Positions 24,416 to 38,074 of a stretch of 64,000 bases of DNA are shown here, in pieces. The first letter of the stretch is position 1; every line of letters begins with the position of its first letter. The DNA comes from Octopus sinensis. Taxonomy: Eukaryota. The stretch covers positions 142,662,001 through 142,726,000 of the forward strand of contig NC_042998.1 of the NCBI RefSeq assembly GCF_006345805.1, written 5' to 3'. The translations under genes and the position numbers were made by a program. A model generated the notes under the pieces. The model was not told where the DNA came from and made no database searches. It worked only from the letters and a program-made list of their open reading frames with translations.

Positions 24416-25309
24416 TGTGTGTGTGTGTGTGTAAAGCTTGATCCAAGGATCCAAGTGTAGGAAGTTAGTAAGCTTCGAGCACTCCGTAGAAAATATTAAA
24501 AGCAAACAACTTTCAGGAACAATAGTAGTTAATTGACGTAAAAGGCTATAAATTTTTCCCATATTGAAGTTCGATAAGCCGCAAAAGGTTAGCAAGTGGG
24601 GTCGTTAGGGAATGGAGCAGGTAAAATCTAGGCTACATATGTCTCCTAGCTAGCAGAACCTCGGAAGTATTAACTACTCAACGAGAGGTAATCCGCCAGC
24701 TACTCATCAGGCCAAACATCCCGTAGTCAAGTGAAGGTTACATTGTCATCAAGGGATCTCTTCTTAACTTGCAGAAGATTTGATCGAAGATGCGTGGAAA
24801 GCACAGAGTGAGAAAACAAAAAGGAAAGCATATGTGTGAATAAATAATGTATGGGATTGGGCAAATGTCTAAAGTTGTTAAGAAAAAATTTGGATATATA
24901 TATATATATACATACATACATACATACATACATACATACATACATACATACATGCATACATACATACATACATGCATACATGTATGTACATACATACATA
25001 CATACATACATACATACATACATACATACATACATACATACATACATACATACATACATACATACATACATACATACACAACACACTGGCGCATAGATAT
25101 GCGCACAGACAAAAGGAATGCGGGGCTGATAACGGACAGAATCAGCATGCATTGAGAAATTTGCAAAAGCAACAAAAATTTCAGAAGAAAACAAATATAA
25201 ACAAGAGCACTCAGAGAGCGCCAAGACAACACCAACGTCCTCTCAATGATTAGCCAGAGATGATTTTTTAAATGAGAATATCTGTATACTAAAAATGAAC
25301 CCAACCGCT

Positions 25310-25527
25310 CTCAAAACTTAAGTAAAAGCAAAACAGGAAAAATAATCCAGAATCCTTGTCCAGTACCGGATCGATCCCAAAATCTAATCACTTCGTTCCA
25401 GTCACAAGGCCAAACATCCCTGAAAGTTTCATCCGAATTCATCCTGCGCTTCTTGCTGTCTTTTCCACGGACATCCAAACACGACTGAAAAAAAAAAAAA
25501 TAATACCTCCGCCTTATGGGTGGAAAT
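25310..25527 (+). mobile_element. Helentron/DINE-like non-autonomous element 3' end (tentative)
   Basis: CCAAAATCTAATCACTTC...GAAAGTTTCATCCGAATTC...ACGGACA..AAAC followed by a terminal ACCTCCGCC-TTAT-GGGTGGA hairpin, the usual layout of Helentron-associated elements. Confidence 0.45.
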
Positions 25528-26174
25528 CGAACCGGTGAGTGTGTGAGATAATAAGACATTAAGACAGTATGACTCTCCCCAGACACAACAGAATTTGCTT
25601 CAACACGAATTTACATAAGGAATCTTGCCATATAGATACAAAAAACGAAGTGTGTGTGTGTGTGTGTGTGTGTGTGAGTGAGTGAGTGAGTGACAGGCAA
25701 CCACACAGTTTCTGTCTACCAAATTCGTTTGTAAAACATTCGTCGGTTGAGGGCTATATTAAAAGACACTTGTCCACATTGCCATGCGGTCAGACTAAAA
25801 CCAAAACTATATGGTTGCGAAACCAGCTTCTTAACCACACAAACATGTCTGCTTCTTTCTTAAATCTTGACAGACCCTGGTAACATTTGAGCGAACATTT
25901 AATATATATGAGAAAATATATACACAATATAACATTTCGTTCACTATTTTCGTACTTTTGCGTATTAGCGTTGTTTCATATTAGATTTGTTTCATCATGG
26001 AAATTATTGTCGTTGAATGTGTCGTTGTAATAATGAGCAACGCGGTTAAAGGTTAATTAGTTGTAAACCATTCTGAGTCAATAGAGGTGTAAGATTAGAC
26101 GATGCGCCTTGTTAGATTCGTGTGTCGCTTTACAACATTTATTACATGCACACACACACACGCATATGTATGTA

Positions 26175-26193
26175 TGTACATTATATGTATATA

Positions 26194-26234
<41 letters not shown>

Positions 26235-26261
26235 TATATATATATATATATACATACATAC

Positions 26262-26319
<58 letters not shown>

Positions 26320-26347
26320 ATACGTATATATACATATATACACAGGA

Positions 26348-26378
<31 letters not shown>

Positions 26379-26458
26379 CGTATGTATGTATGTATATATA
26401 TATATATTATATATATACATTATATATATATATATATATAATATATATATATACATAT

Positions 26459-26513
<55 letters not shown>

Positions 26514-26515
26514 AA
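26175..26515. repeat. Long imperfect (TA)n microsatellite (one of many; others at e.g. 1738-1808, 4330-4396, 13099-13195, 41436-41504, 47220-47372, 53400-53610)
   Basis: Direct inspection. Confidence 0.95.
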
Positions 26516-26838
26516 CATACATGCATAAACATGCACATATATGTGTATATATGTGTGTTTACATGCATATGCATGTGTGTATACCAAAACATTTATACAA
26601 TACATACGTGTGTCTGCGTCCGAATTTATATGTGTGTGTATGTTTGCGTACAGGCAGACACACTCGCACACAGACACACACACAACACGCACATGCACAC
26701 ATACATATCTTATGGAGTTGAAGACAACGGATGATAATGAATATGGTTGGCTGAAAGATGGTGGATGTGTGAATTTGCTTGGAGCATGACGTGACAACTT
26801 TAATGTAGCACCTCGCTCACTCTCACCACTCTCTCTCA

Positions 26839-26872
<34 letters not shown>

Positions 26873-26877
26873 TTTTG

Positions 26878-26879
26878 TA

Positions 26880-26962
<83 letters not shown>
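26878..26962. repeat. (ATCT)n tetranucleotide microsatellite
   Basis: About 20 perfect units. A (GATA)n array also occurs at ~49298-49368. Confidence 0.95.
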
Positions 26963-27534
26963 GCCTATGCACCTCTTCGCTGTTTCGGGAAGCTGTGATA
27001 AAAAAATTAAAAAAATAAAATGAACAAAACCAACGTTAATGAACGAGCAGACACACCAATTGAAAGACAAAGTAACAAAGCGAGTCAGACTGGCAGACAA
27101 TATTGACAAATAAAGAAATCTGGTAAACAAAGGATAGATCTAAGAACAGACACAAATGCAAATACGATATCTTTGTGATTATTGTTCTGAGTTCAAATCC
27201 CACCGAGATGAACTTTACTTTTAATCTTTTCATGGGTCGATAAGATATATTACAAAATGTGTGGCATTGTGTCAATGTTTGGGCTATAGCTTGAGTTAAC
27301 CTAGACACAAAAATATTAACGGAGCCCCAGAATGTGTTAATGAAAGATTTATTTAATTAAACACATGAGGACGACAACCACCAAATCGTAGAAGTTCGAT
27401 TAACTGGAAATCAACTTCATTGCAGATCAGCTCCCTAGCTAACCCGCAGTGAAGTTCCTGACTACAGTTCGTCCGTCATAAATCCTTGGGCAGTGCCCTG
27501 CATATAGCTCCCTCCACCCCAGAAATGTTGACTG

Positions 27535-30500
27535 TCATTGGAATCGGGAAGACGTTTTAACCACCTTGCCCGTGCGTGTGGTTGCTCGGCTCTTTGGTGA
27601 CTGTTCGTTGCCAAGAGTTGGTGTGATTTGCCTGAGGTGGCCTCTATTTTGTGGTTGAGGCACTTGGACGGTGCTGTCAATATCGAGATAAGCCGGTTTC
27701 ACCCTATCGATGGAAACTGTGTTTTGTCGTTCGCCTGTTAGGAGATTTGACTCCCGGACATATAACTTCATATGGGCCATCGTAGGGTGACTGGAGGGTT
27801 TTCGTCGTGTGTCACGTCGAACGAACACGAACTTAGCCGTGTGGAGGTCATTTGGTATGGATGATTTAGGTGTACTGTGTGCAGACATGAGAATAGGCTG
27901 CAACTGGCCTACACTGTCTCTCAGTGCGCGAAATAATTTTTGACATCTGGGACTGAATTTCTGTTCGGAAAGAACTCTCCTGGCACTGTAAGAGGGGCAC
28001 CATACACCATTTCTGCGGAAGAAGTGTTGAAATTTTCTTTTGGGCTGGTGCAGATTCCCAGCATCACCCATGGAAGTTGATCAATCCAATTGGGCCCGTT
28101 AAGTCAACTTGTCGAGGATTCCTTCAGGCAGCGGTGAAATCTCTCCACTAACCCCTTGGTCTGTGGATGGTAGGTTGCTGTGCGCTTCATTGTGATTCCA
28201 AAAAGGTAACACATGTCATTCCACAGCTTTGAGGTGAATTTGGGCCCCGATCGGGTGAGATGCTGTTTGGGACATCGAAACGGGCAACTCAGTTTATGAT
28301 GAAGGCTCAGCGGACTTCTTCTGTTTTCGTGCTGCGAAGAGGGATCGCCTCAGGCTAACGAGAGTAGCGGTCTACCAAGGTCAATAGGTACGAGCAGCCC
28401 TGTAAAGGTGGTAGGAACCCGAAAAGATCAATGTTAATGTGACTGAAACGGGCCTGTAGTGGTTCATAGTTGCCGACGGGTGCTATGGTGTGCTGATGGA
28501 CCTTGGCTTGTTGATAGGGAATGCAGGTTTTGGTCCACTCCCCAATTTGCTTGGCTATACTGTGCCAGATAAATTTACTTGACAGCAGGCGCCGTATGGC
28601 TCAAGTACCCGGGTGGGACAGTCGAAAACCTTCCTGCGCTAGGCTAATTGGACGATCGGTCGTTGCTTTCAGTGGATACATCATACAGCAGGGTTGTGCT
28701 ATTGGAGCCAAAATTCACATCCTGCAGGAAAGTGATGTAATGGTAGTGCGATAGGCTCTGATCTCGTCATCTGTCTGTTGGGCTGCAGCCATAGCCTTGC
28801 AATCCAGACCTTCCGTTATTGGGGCTAGGTAGGTGTAAGAGCAGGTAGGGACATGAGAGAGTGCATCAGCGACCGGTTTGCCTTTTCCAGCTATGTGTTG
28901 GATATCCGTGGTGTACTCAGAAATGGCTGACAACTGTCGTTACTGACGTGCAGACCAAGGCTCTGAGAGCTTGCTCATAGCAAAGGTGAGTGGTTTGTGG
29001 TCTGTGAACACTGTAAACGTGCGGCCTTCAAGGAAATAGCGAAAGTGGTGGACACCTAGATTGATAGCCAGCAGTTCCCTGTCAAAAGCACTGTATTTCT
29101 GTTCAGGAGGTCGTAGTTGTCGACTGAAAAAGGCAAGTGGTCGCCACTTACCATTGATGCGTTGTTCCAAAACGTCCCCAATGGCTGTGTCGGAGGCATC
29201 GACTTTGAGTGCAGTCCAAGCTGACATATGAGGACGGGGCAGTATGGTTGCTTTAGCCAGTACTTGTTTTATGGATTTGAAGGTTGAGGTCATTGCACCA
29301 TCTCACTCCACCTGTCTTTTTGAACCATCTTTTGACAGTGCCTTATATAGGCGTCACATTATTCTTGCTGCAGAAGGGATGAAGCGATGGTAAAAGTTTG
29401 CCATGCCCAGAAATTAGTGTAGAGCCTAGTGTAGTGGTAAGGATAAGATAGCTTTCACTTTTTCTGGCATGGGTGTAGCACCAGCACCTGTCATTCGACG
29501 ATCCCAGGAAATCGATTTCTGTAACACTAAAAACGCACATGTCGGGGTTGATTACTAGACGATACTGTTCCAGTATTTCAAAAAGAGTCACTAGGTGCTT
29601 CTTGTTTAGCTTCGCATTTTGGTTAGTGATAAGGATATGCATAGACTAAATCAAGACCCCTGCACATAGTGTCCATCAAGCGTTGGGAGGATTGTACTGC
29701 GTTTTTCAGGCCAAAGGATGTACATAGGAATTCATACAGCCCGAAAGAGTGATCACAGCGGTCTTAGGTACATTGTCGTCTTGTACTGGCATTTGGTGGT
29801 AACCTAGGATGAGGTTGATCCTCGAGAAAACCGAGCACACGGATAGCTGGGCTGAGAAATCCTGTATGTCTGAAATGGGGTAGCGGTAGGGTGTTGTGTC
29901 TGCGTTGAGCCAGCAGTTATCTCCGCAAGGTTGAAAACCTCCGCTGGCTTTCGATGCCACATGCCAGGGGTGACGAACAGAGACCTCTTGATCGGCGAGC
30001 AATATCCAACACCTCCATATCATCAAACTCGGCCTTTGCGATAGCAGGTTTGTCTGATGATAGACAATGTGCGCGGCTGTTCACTAGAGGCTCGGTGGTG
30101 GGGATGTAGTGTATCACTCCGTGGCGGACTATAGGTTTGGAGAATGTCGGGGATAATGAGATTGGGGCGACTCGCAAGGAAATTCGAGAATTCGTTCTCC
30201 ATCTGAGAGATGGTTGCTATGCGGTAGGTGGTATGTGCAGATGTTTCTAGAGACATAAAAGCGTATGTATTGCTGTAGCAAGTGTGCTCAAAGAAAGTTT
30301 TCCCCCATAATGGGCTGATGGATATCGGCAATGGTGAATGCCCATGTGTATTTCTGTGAGCCGATGTTGAAAGAAAGGATGCGGCGAACGTACGCCTCGA
30401 GTTTGGAGCCGTTAGCGACCGTTAAAGGTTGGCCCCACTCTCCGTAACGGAGGTCTCTTGCCGGCGCTGGGATCACGCTAACTTCTACTCTTGTTTCAAT

Positions 30501-30566
30501 TAGGAACCTACGTCCGGATCTCCAATCGTGGACATAGAGGAGTAGTTGATCGTGTTTGCCGGCCAC
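27535..30566 (-). pseudogene. Gypsy pol (protease, RT, RNase H, integrase), heavily frameshifted
   Basis: PR: RRFLIETRVEVSVIP. RT: YRYPISDIQDF..FSRINLILGYHQMPV...KTAVIT. RH: VDASDTAIG..RPLAFFSRQL..YSAFDRELLAI..TDHKPL. IN: IQHIAGK..VADALS and FVFVRRD..TVSIDRVKPAY. Confidence 0.92.
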
Positions 30567-30599
30567 TAGGTATTCAATGAAGGCCGGCCCTGGGGTTTC

Positions 30600-33500
30600 C
30601 TGGGGATGACCAAGGGATCCTGAAGCTGCATGGTTGTTTGCACTTTGTAGCCTTTTCCCAAACTTTGTGTGGTAGTAGCACAGGTCGTCTTGCTTAACTC
30701 TATCATGTCTTGGGGGCCGACCCTATGGCGTTGACAGTAACACCACTAGATAAAAAAATGTTTGTCGGCTACTTTCGCTAACTGCCGCATATCCTGGATC
30801 TCGGTCTGAGTAATGAGGGCCTGGACCTGGGGTGGTAATTTGTGGATGAATATTTCCCTAAACAAAAAGGAAGGTAACTCACCGAGGGAACTAATACCAA
30901 CATCTTGTCCATCAACTCCGAAGGCTTGGAATCATCTGATTCTTCCTCTAATATCTTGGCTACCGCTTCCCGGTAGCTCCGCCGTAATGTATTCAGCAGC
31001 CTGTTTTTAACGTGGTGTATTTGTGCGTTACTGGGGGTTGGGTTAAAATGTCCAGCACCCTCGTTGCCGTTTCCCCATCTAGTGCCGATACTACGTAAGA
31101 ATATTTCGTTAGGTCTGTAGCGACGCTATACAGCGGCGCATGCGCGAAGCACCGGAAGAAGAACCCTTTTGCCTACGTGGCAGTTAGCCGAGGCAAGGGG
31201 ATCGTAGAACGTTTGACCACTAGCAGCAGTCAGCAGCGACTTGAGACATGGCTATCGAAGGTACAACACGTATATTCTCTCTGTCCGAATTTGATTCTAG
31301 CAGCAGCTTTTACCGAAAGCTTTTAACCAAATTGTTGCAGACTACATCATCTTCCTTTCTCCGGACGCCATCTTTGACAAGTGTCGTTTTGCATTTGAAC
31401 ACTTTCTTATTTTACAGCGATAAGGTTCAGCTGAGACATATCTATACCAAAGGGATGCCAGATACACCAATTATCTGTTACCACATAAGAGAATAAAGTA
31501 GATATATATTATTTACGTTTGCGTCTTGTTGTTTCTGACTGGTAGAGAATCTGGATTATTAAAGCAACGGAAAGTGATTGCTTCTCGCACCCCCAAAAGG
31601 TCCAGAGAAGATATTCACACAAGTCGTTACAGTGGTGACCCCCGACGTGATTCTGGTCTAAAACCAGAGATCACTTAACAACAAAGAAATCCAGTTTTTC
31701 TGCGAAGTCGGAACACGATTAACTCTACGCATTCATCTTTCGACGATTTGTTTCCGTCCTCTCGGACCGTTATAGAAGGAGCCCTTTTCTTATTCTTCAA
31801 CAATGATGACGGACGCCATCATATCATCGATGCCTTTTCTCTACCGTCGTCATCGTCGTCTTAGAACTTCACGTCGTCGTTATCTTCGTCGCCATCAACA
31901 CTAAGAACGATGTTGTCTCAAGTCCACTACAGTCGCCTTCCACCACCACCGTCGCCTTTCAACACCGTCGACCAAGATGTACATAGCAAATCGCGGAACT
32001 TTTGCTTTCACGCTGTTCGTGCATAGCGCGCCAAGGATTAATAGCACCAGTCTATCTGCAAGATTCTTCTGTAACGATTTAACCTGTCACAGCATCGAAG
32101 CTACAACCGCTACACATTGTGTTCAACCGGCATCTGCATTTGTGATCTCAACATTCTGTTACAGAACGAACTGCTATTGTGCATCAGGCTATTACAGACT
32201 GGTAAATTAACCCCATTGTCTGAGATAGCCCTGAGAGACATTTTTTCTATGCGCTGTATTTTTATTTTTGTCGCACACACGTACACACACATAAATGCTA
32301 TCTCTCTCACATACATACGTCACACATGCTTTTCTCGCTTGTTTTTTCCATGCTAAATTTGCCTTTTGTGGACACACCTCATTTCTATAGACCCTAGGGG
32401 TCACGTATACATAGAGAGGGTTGTTTGTCCATTATAACGCGCCAGCATGTCATACCTTTGTTCCTGTACGAACGAGGCATATACTCGCTCAACCACTGGC
32501 ATATTCATTGCTGTTTTTCGGTCTGGCAAGCCCTATTGCATTTCATGCGCCTTTGCTTCGCACGTGTATTGCTTTGTTTTTGCAACACGTTTGCGTTAGC
32601 TTAATTCTTTTCCCGACTCATAGAATGTCGGATGTTCACATGCGCTGCGCCTATGTATAGGCGTAATTTTTTTCCCTGCTAGACCCCTGTTGGTCACGTA
32701 ATTAACAGAGAGACTTATCTGTGTCGCGCATCCCACCAGCATGCTTGCACTGTCGCCTTTTGTGTTACTAGCGATCTATCTGTCGATTCCATTTCCTCTC
32801 CTGCAGCAATTGATTTAACTGCTATTTCGCAGGATCAACCACCTTTAGAGAAGTTGGATTTAATTTCGCCTAGGTTCATTAACTGTGAGTTTGCTTTCCT
32901 TCAGCGGAAGGCTCTATACTTTGTGACGTATCCACCTTCACGCATGCACTTTTGATTTTTGCTCATTTTGAGTATTTTTTTTCCTTTTGGTAAATTTCTT
33001 GTGTATGTTGTAAATTTTGCCATTTTTATTATATTGTGTGCTATTTGGTTATCTGGTATCCACCTTGAGTTTTATAGTCACTACAAGGAATTTTGTGTCG
33101 TGCTTCGCACTGGGGTGGAGCTCTGTAGTGACGCTATACAGCGGCGCATGCGCGAAGCACCGGAAGAAGAACCCTTTTGCCTACGTGGCAGTTAGCCGAG
33201 GCAAGGGGATCGTAGAACGTTTGACCACTAGCAGCAGTCAGCAGCGACTTGAGACATGGCTATCGAAGGTACAACACGTATATTCTCTCTGTCCGAATTT
33301 GATTCTAGCAGCAGCTTTTACCGAAAGCTTTTAACCAAATTGTTGCAGACTACATCATCTTCCTTTCTCCGGACGCCATCTTTGACAAGTGTCGTTTTGC
33401 ATTTGAACACTTTCTTATTTTACAGCGATAAGGTTCAGCTGAGACACATCTATACCAAAGGGATGCCAGATACACCAATTATCTGTTACCACATAAGAGA

Positions 33501-33751
33501 ATAAAGTAGATATATATTATTTACGTTTGCGTCTTGTTGTTTCTGACTGGTAGAGAATCTGGATTATTAAAGCAACGGAAAGTGATTGCTTCTCGCACCC
33601 CCAAAAGGTCCCGAGAAGATTTACACTGTCGTTACAGGTTTGAAGTTATTTTGCGTATGTTGAATTGTGCCTCCGCCTGCACGAATCATAGCTTAACCCC
33701 CTTCGGCCAGAATTGTGGTAGCTTCAGTGCTGTTGTGTAGTCGCTTGCCAT
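30600..33751 (-). pseudogene. Gypsy gag, split by the nested insertion at 31116-33636
   Basis: Removing the insert and one 4-bp TSD rejoins MASDYTTALKLPQFWPKGVKL*FVQAEAQFNIRKITS|DLTKYSYVVSALDGETATRVLDIL, a typical Gypsy gag N-terminus. A CYYH..GEKATKCKQPC knuckle-like segment lies near 30630-30685. Confidence 0.85.
31116..33636 (+). mobile_element. Young non-autonomous LTR retroelement (LARD/TRIM-like) nested in gag
   Basis: LTRs 31116-31631 and 33124-33636 (TG...CA) are identical apart from ~3 substitutions and a few differences at the 3' end. PBS TGGTGACCCCCGACGTGATT at 31633-31652 (complement of the tRNA-Trp 3' end, one extra C). PPT GGGGTGGAG at ~33112-33120. 4-bp TSD GGTC/GGTT. The ~1.5-kb interior has no recognisable gag/pol. 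Confidence 0.92.
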
Positions 33752-36407
33752 GTTTCCTTGATTTCTTGTTTACTTCGATGTGCGAAGCAAAAGCTGTTGT
33801 TCTTCTGTGGGATCACCAGTTATAGTTTTAGTTAAGCTATGCACAAAATAATTACCGGAGACCCAGAATGTGTCAGTGAAAGATCTATTTAATTAAACAC
33901 ATGAGGGCAACAGCCGCCAGTCAACTCCTGTTTCGTAGAAGTCCGCTTAACCGGAAGTCAACTTCGCTGCAGACAGCTCCTTAGATAGCCCACAGCGAAG
34001 TTCTTGTCTACAGTTCGTCCGTCATGAATCCTTGGGCAGTGCCCTACAAGGCCTTCTATGGTCAGTGGAATAGCAGAATTGTTAATGTCCGAAAGTAGAA
34101 ATTCGGAGTATCCCTAATGCAACTTCTGGATGTCTACATTCTCATTCCGGAACTTTGAAATTTGAGAAAAATTGCAAGTCCGCTGGTGTCAAGAACTCCA
34201 GGTACCCTGCTTGTAAAACCGGCGAGTGGGTATTTCGAAGGGTAACATATACGATAAAGAGAATGAAGAATGAATTTAACACTTAATCAAAGTAATGCTA
34301 AATTCATTCATTCATTCATTCATTCTTCTTCTTCTCTTCTTCTTCTTCCACCCACATACACACACAAGTGCGTGTGTGTGTGTACGCATAATAATAATAA
34401 TCCTTTCTATTATAGGCACAAAGCCTGGAATTTGGGGTGGAGAGGTGGCTAGTCAATTACACCGACTCCAGTGCTCAGCTGGTACCTATTTCTTCGATCC
34501 CGACAGGATGAAAAGCAAAGTCGACCTCGACAGAATTCGAACTCAGAACGTAAAGACAGACGAAATGCTGCTTAAGCATTTTATCTAGCGTGCTAACGAT
34601 TTTACCAGTTTGCTGCCATTGGTATTAAATAATAAATAGTCACTGAATGCATCTAAAGAAAATAATAAATGGCAAGAAAAGAAAGGAGAGGAAACAAATT
34701 GTCGAAAGATATTGTTGTTAAGACGCTCCATTTGTTTCACTAAACCCTCCAAGGCGATGCTCCAGCATGACCGCAGTCCAAAGGATGAAACAAGTAAAAG
34801 GTAAAAGATCCTAGACATAAAACTTGGGTTGATCTGCGGCTTCAGTAAAGACACTTACCCAAGATGCCGCGTGGTAAGATCGAACCAGGAAACGCGTGAT
34901 TACCAAGCGAACATTTTATCCATTTGGCTAGAACAGTTTCGTCGATGCCTGTAGCACGGCACATGAAGACGAAGAGACCGTCGATTAGATCAACTCCGGT
35001 ACTCGAACAGCCACGATGATATATATCAATCAGTAAGATATCGAGACAAGAGACAAATTCACCAATTTGGATAGTAATTATCAGTGACAATGGTGATACT
35101 GAGAATTATGTCAACCATAGAACTGGCAAGTGAGGGGGGGGGAGACTTCAAACTACATGGTGCAGAACATTCATAATTGACATGCAAGAGACCAATATCG
35201 TATGACTGGATGCAGAGAAAACCGCAGCCAACATAAAACAGTGGAAGTAACCATTGCCCAATGTTGCTCAAGAGCACAGGAGAAACTGAAAGTATAATGA
35301 ACTTGAATAATTCTTAATATATCGATGCTCGGAAGGATGAAAAGCCAGGATTTGAAGTCGGGCCACTTAAATACTTAACGAAATACTACCGATGCAGCTG
35401 TTTCATTGGCATACGGCCAGCATTAGGGGGACAAAGAGCAGTCGATTACATCGACCCCAGTGCTTGACTGGTTCTTTATTTCTTCGAATCCCAAAAGAAA
35501 CCTGTCACAACTGACTTTGACAGGATTTGAACTCAGAACTTAGAGTCAGAATAAATGTCGGAAGGCATTTGATCCGACATTTTAACGATTCCGCCATTCC
35601 AAAGTTCTTGAGTCCCAAAAATGATTTTACTTTTGTTCCTGATGTAGGCACAAGGCCAGCAGTCAGGACCAAGGTGAGTAAGTCGATGCCATCAACACCA
35701 GTACTTGATAGATTCTTTCTTTTATCGACCCCAGAGGGAAGAACGGCAAAAATTGATCCGGCGGGATTTGAACTCAGAACGTAAAGAGTCGGAGGAAATA
35801 TCCCCAATGCATTTTATCGGACACCCAATCGATTCTAACACCCATCGCCTTTGAGTAAAAAAAAATAGTGTGAGCCTTGCGACACACTGATATCCAGCAG
35901 CTATTTAGCAGATATTGTAGAGTTTCTGATTTCAAATATGAAATTACGGATATTCTGTATGGAGGAATTGTTTCAATTTTCCAATATATTGAATAGTTAA
36001 CTGGAATCTGGGAAATGTTATATTCTTCCATATGGTCTTGGGGCGTTTCATGAAACAACGAAGATGAAAAGAAGACGCGAAGTTGTGTCATTATAGTGTT
36101 GAGAGAGTGAGGGAGGAGAGAGAGAAAGGGGGGATGAAGAGAGAGAGCTTGTGTAACACAAACAGAAGTATTTCATGGCACAATGTGCCTCGGCAATCCA
36201 AGACAGTGTTCCTTCTAAGCTGTGTTTGTTTTACAACTAAGAAAGGGAAAAATATGCGCACAAATTTTGAAAAATAAATTTATATTTTTACAATTGAAGA
36301 AATTTGGTCGATGGTTACTCGCCTGGATGCACACATACTTTGTAAAGAAAAGCAATACAATTTAAACTTTCTCTGTGCGCGCACACACGCACACATATAC
36401 ATATAAA

Positions 36408-36690
36408 AACCTATTTCTTTACTACCAACAAGGGTCTAAACACAGAGAGGACAGACAAGGACAGACAAACGGATTAAGTCGATTATATCGATCCCAGTGC
36501 GTAACTGGTACTTAATTTATCGACCCCGAAAGGATGAAAGACAAAGTCGACCTCGGCGGAATTTGGACTCAGAACGTAACGGCAGACGAAATACGGCTAC
36601 GCATTTCGCCCGGCGTGCTAACTGTTCTGCCAGCTCGCCGCCTAACGTAGCGACAGACGAAATACCACCAAGCATTTCGACCGGCGACAC
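36408..36690 (-). mobile_element. SINE family B (plus a partial second unit)
   Basis: Reverse complement of 18250-18480. Confidence 0.88.
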
Positions 36691-37207
36691 ACATAAAAAC
36701 CTTAGAAGGAATATTGCAGACACAGCTCTATAGTTAAAGAGCCCGCTTTGTAACCACCTGGTTTCGGGTTGAGTCCCATTGCACGGTACTTTGAACAAGT
36801 GTTTTCTATTTTCTTCTGTAGCCCTGGGCTGACCAGTACCTTATGAATGGATTTGGTAGACAGAAACTATGTAAAAGCCCGCCGTATATACAAGCACAGA
36901 CGTATATATAAGTGTGTGTATTTGTGTTTGTCCCTCAACCAACTAATGTTGGTTTGTGTACATCCCCATAACTTAACGGTTCGGCAAAAGAGAACGGTAG
37001 AACAAATACCAAACTTTAAAAAAATCAGAACTGGAATCGATTTGTGCGACTAAAACCCTACCAGACGGTGCCCCAGTATGGCTACAGTGCGATGACTGAA
37101 GTAAGAAAGAATACAATTTTCTGTGTGCGCGCACACACACGCACACACGCGCGCGCGCTCACGGAATATCGTGAAACTCCCTTGTCGACGCAGTCGTGAA
37201 ATAAGCT

Positions 37208-37577
37208 TAATAATCTTTTCTACTCTAGGTATAAGGCCCGAAATTTTTGGGGAGATGGGGCAGTCGATTAGATCGACCCACTAAGCAACTGGTACTTAAT
37301 TTATCGACCCTGAAAGGATGAAAGGTAAAGTCGTCTTCGGCGGAATTTGAACTCAGAACGTAGCAGCAGACAAAATACCTATTTCTTTACTACCCACAAG
37401 GGGCTAAACACAGAGAGGACAAACAAGGACAGACAAACAAATTAAGTCGATTATATCGACCGCAGTGCGTAACCGGTACTTATTTAATCGACCCCGAAAG
37501 GATGAAAGGCAAAGTCGACCTCGGCGGAATTTGAACTCAGAACATAACGGCTAACGTTTCTGCCAGCTCGCCGCCTT
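37208..37577 (-). mobile_element. SINE family B head-to-tail dimer
   Basis: Two consecutive TCGACCC..GGTACTTA..TCGACCC.GAAAGGATGAAAGG.AAAGTCG..CGGCGGAATTTGAACTCAGAAC units. Confidence 0.85.
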
Positions 37578-38043
37578 AAATAAGTCTAATATTAAAGCAA
37601 AAAGATATTGTCTCAAGGAGAATGGTTAATCCAGTTTTATGAGAAACACAATATGATTTACCGTATGCAAGCTCTCATTTGGCTGATGGTTAATTTAAAT
37701 AAAGGATGCTTCCTGGAAACAAGAATATTTCATGACTTTTTTCAATTATGGCCGCCTCTCTGTTTATATTTTGTTTGCCACGTCGCTGATACAACTGGCT
37801 CTATATTTTCCATAAATTATGAAGGTGCCGGTAAACTCCGAGCCCAAAATGTATGTATGTATGTATGTATGTATGTATGTATGTATGTATGTATGTATGT
37901 ATGTATGTATGTATGTATCTATCTGTCTGTCTGTCTGTCTGTATATCTATTTCTGTGTCTGCCTGTCTATCAGTCTGTCTGTCTGTCAATCTGTCTGAAA
38001 GCCAAAAGAAAGAAGGAAAGAAAGAAAGAAAGAAAGGAAGGAA

Positions 38044-38074
<31 letters not shown>

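Larger units (their letters stand above)
27283..34048 (-). mobile_element. Ty3/Gypsy LTR retrotransposon, full structure but decayed, interrupted by a nested LTR element
   Basis: Two clearly homologous but diverged ~220-230-bp LTRs (27283-27502 and 33819-34048; minus start TG[T/C]AGGGCACTGCCCAAGG). PBS TGGTGATCCCAC at ~33807-33818, PPT GGGGTGGAGGGAG at ~27508-27520. Domain order gag-PR-RT-RH-IN. Confidence 0.93.

Noticed and set aside
24660-24715. Minus-strand CTGATGAG (also at ~57045 and ~61172)
   Set aside because: No correctly placed GAAA or NUH with supporting helices.
31248-31496. 82-aa ORF present twice identically (also 33256-33504)
   Set aside because: The duplication is explained by the two LTRs of the nested element; no recognisable domain.
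31116-31631. Nested LTR element as a plant-type LTR retrozyme
   Set aside because: I found no CUGANGA/GAAA hammerhead core in the LTR by eye.
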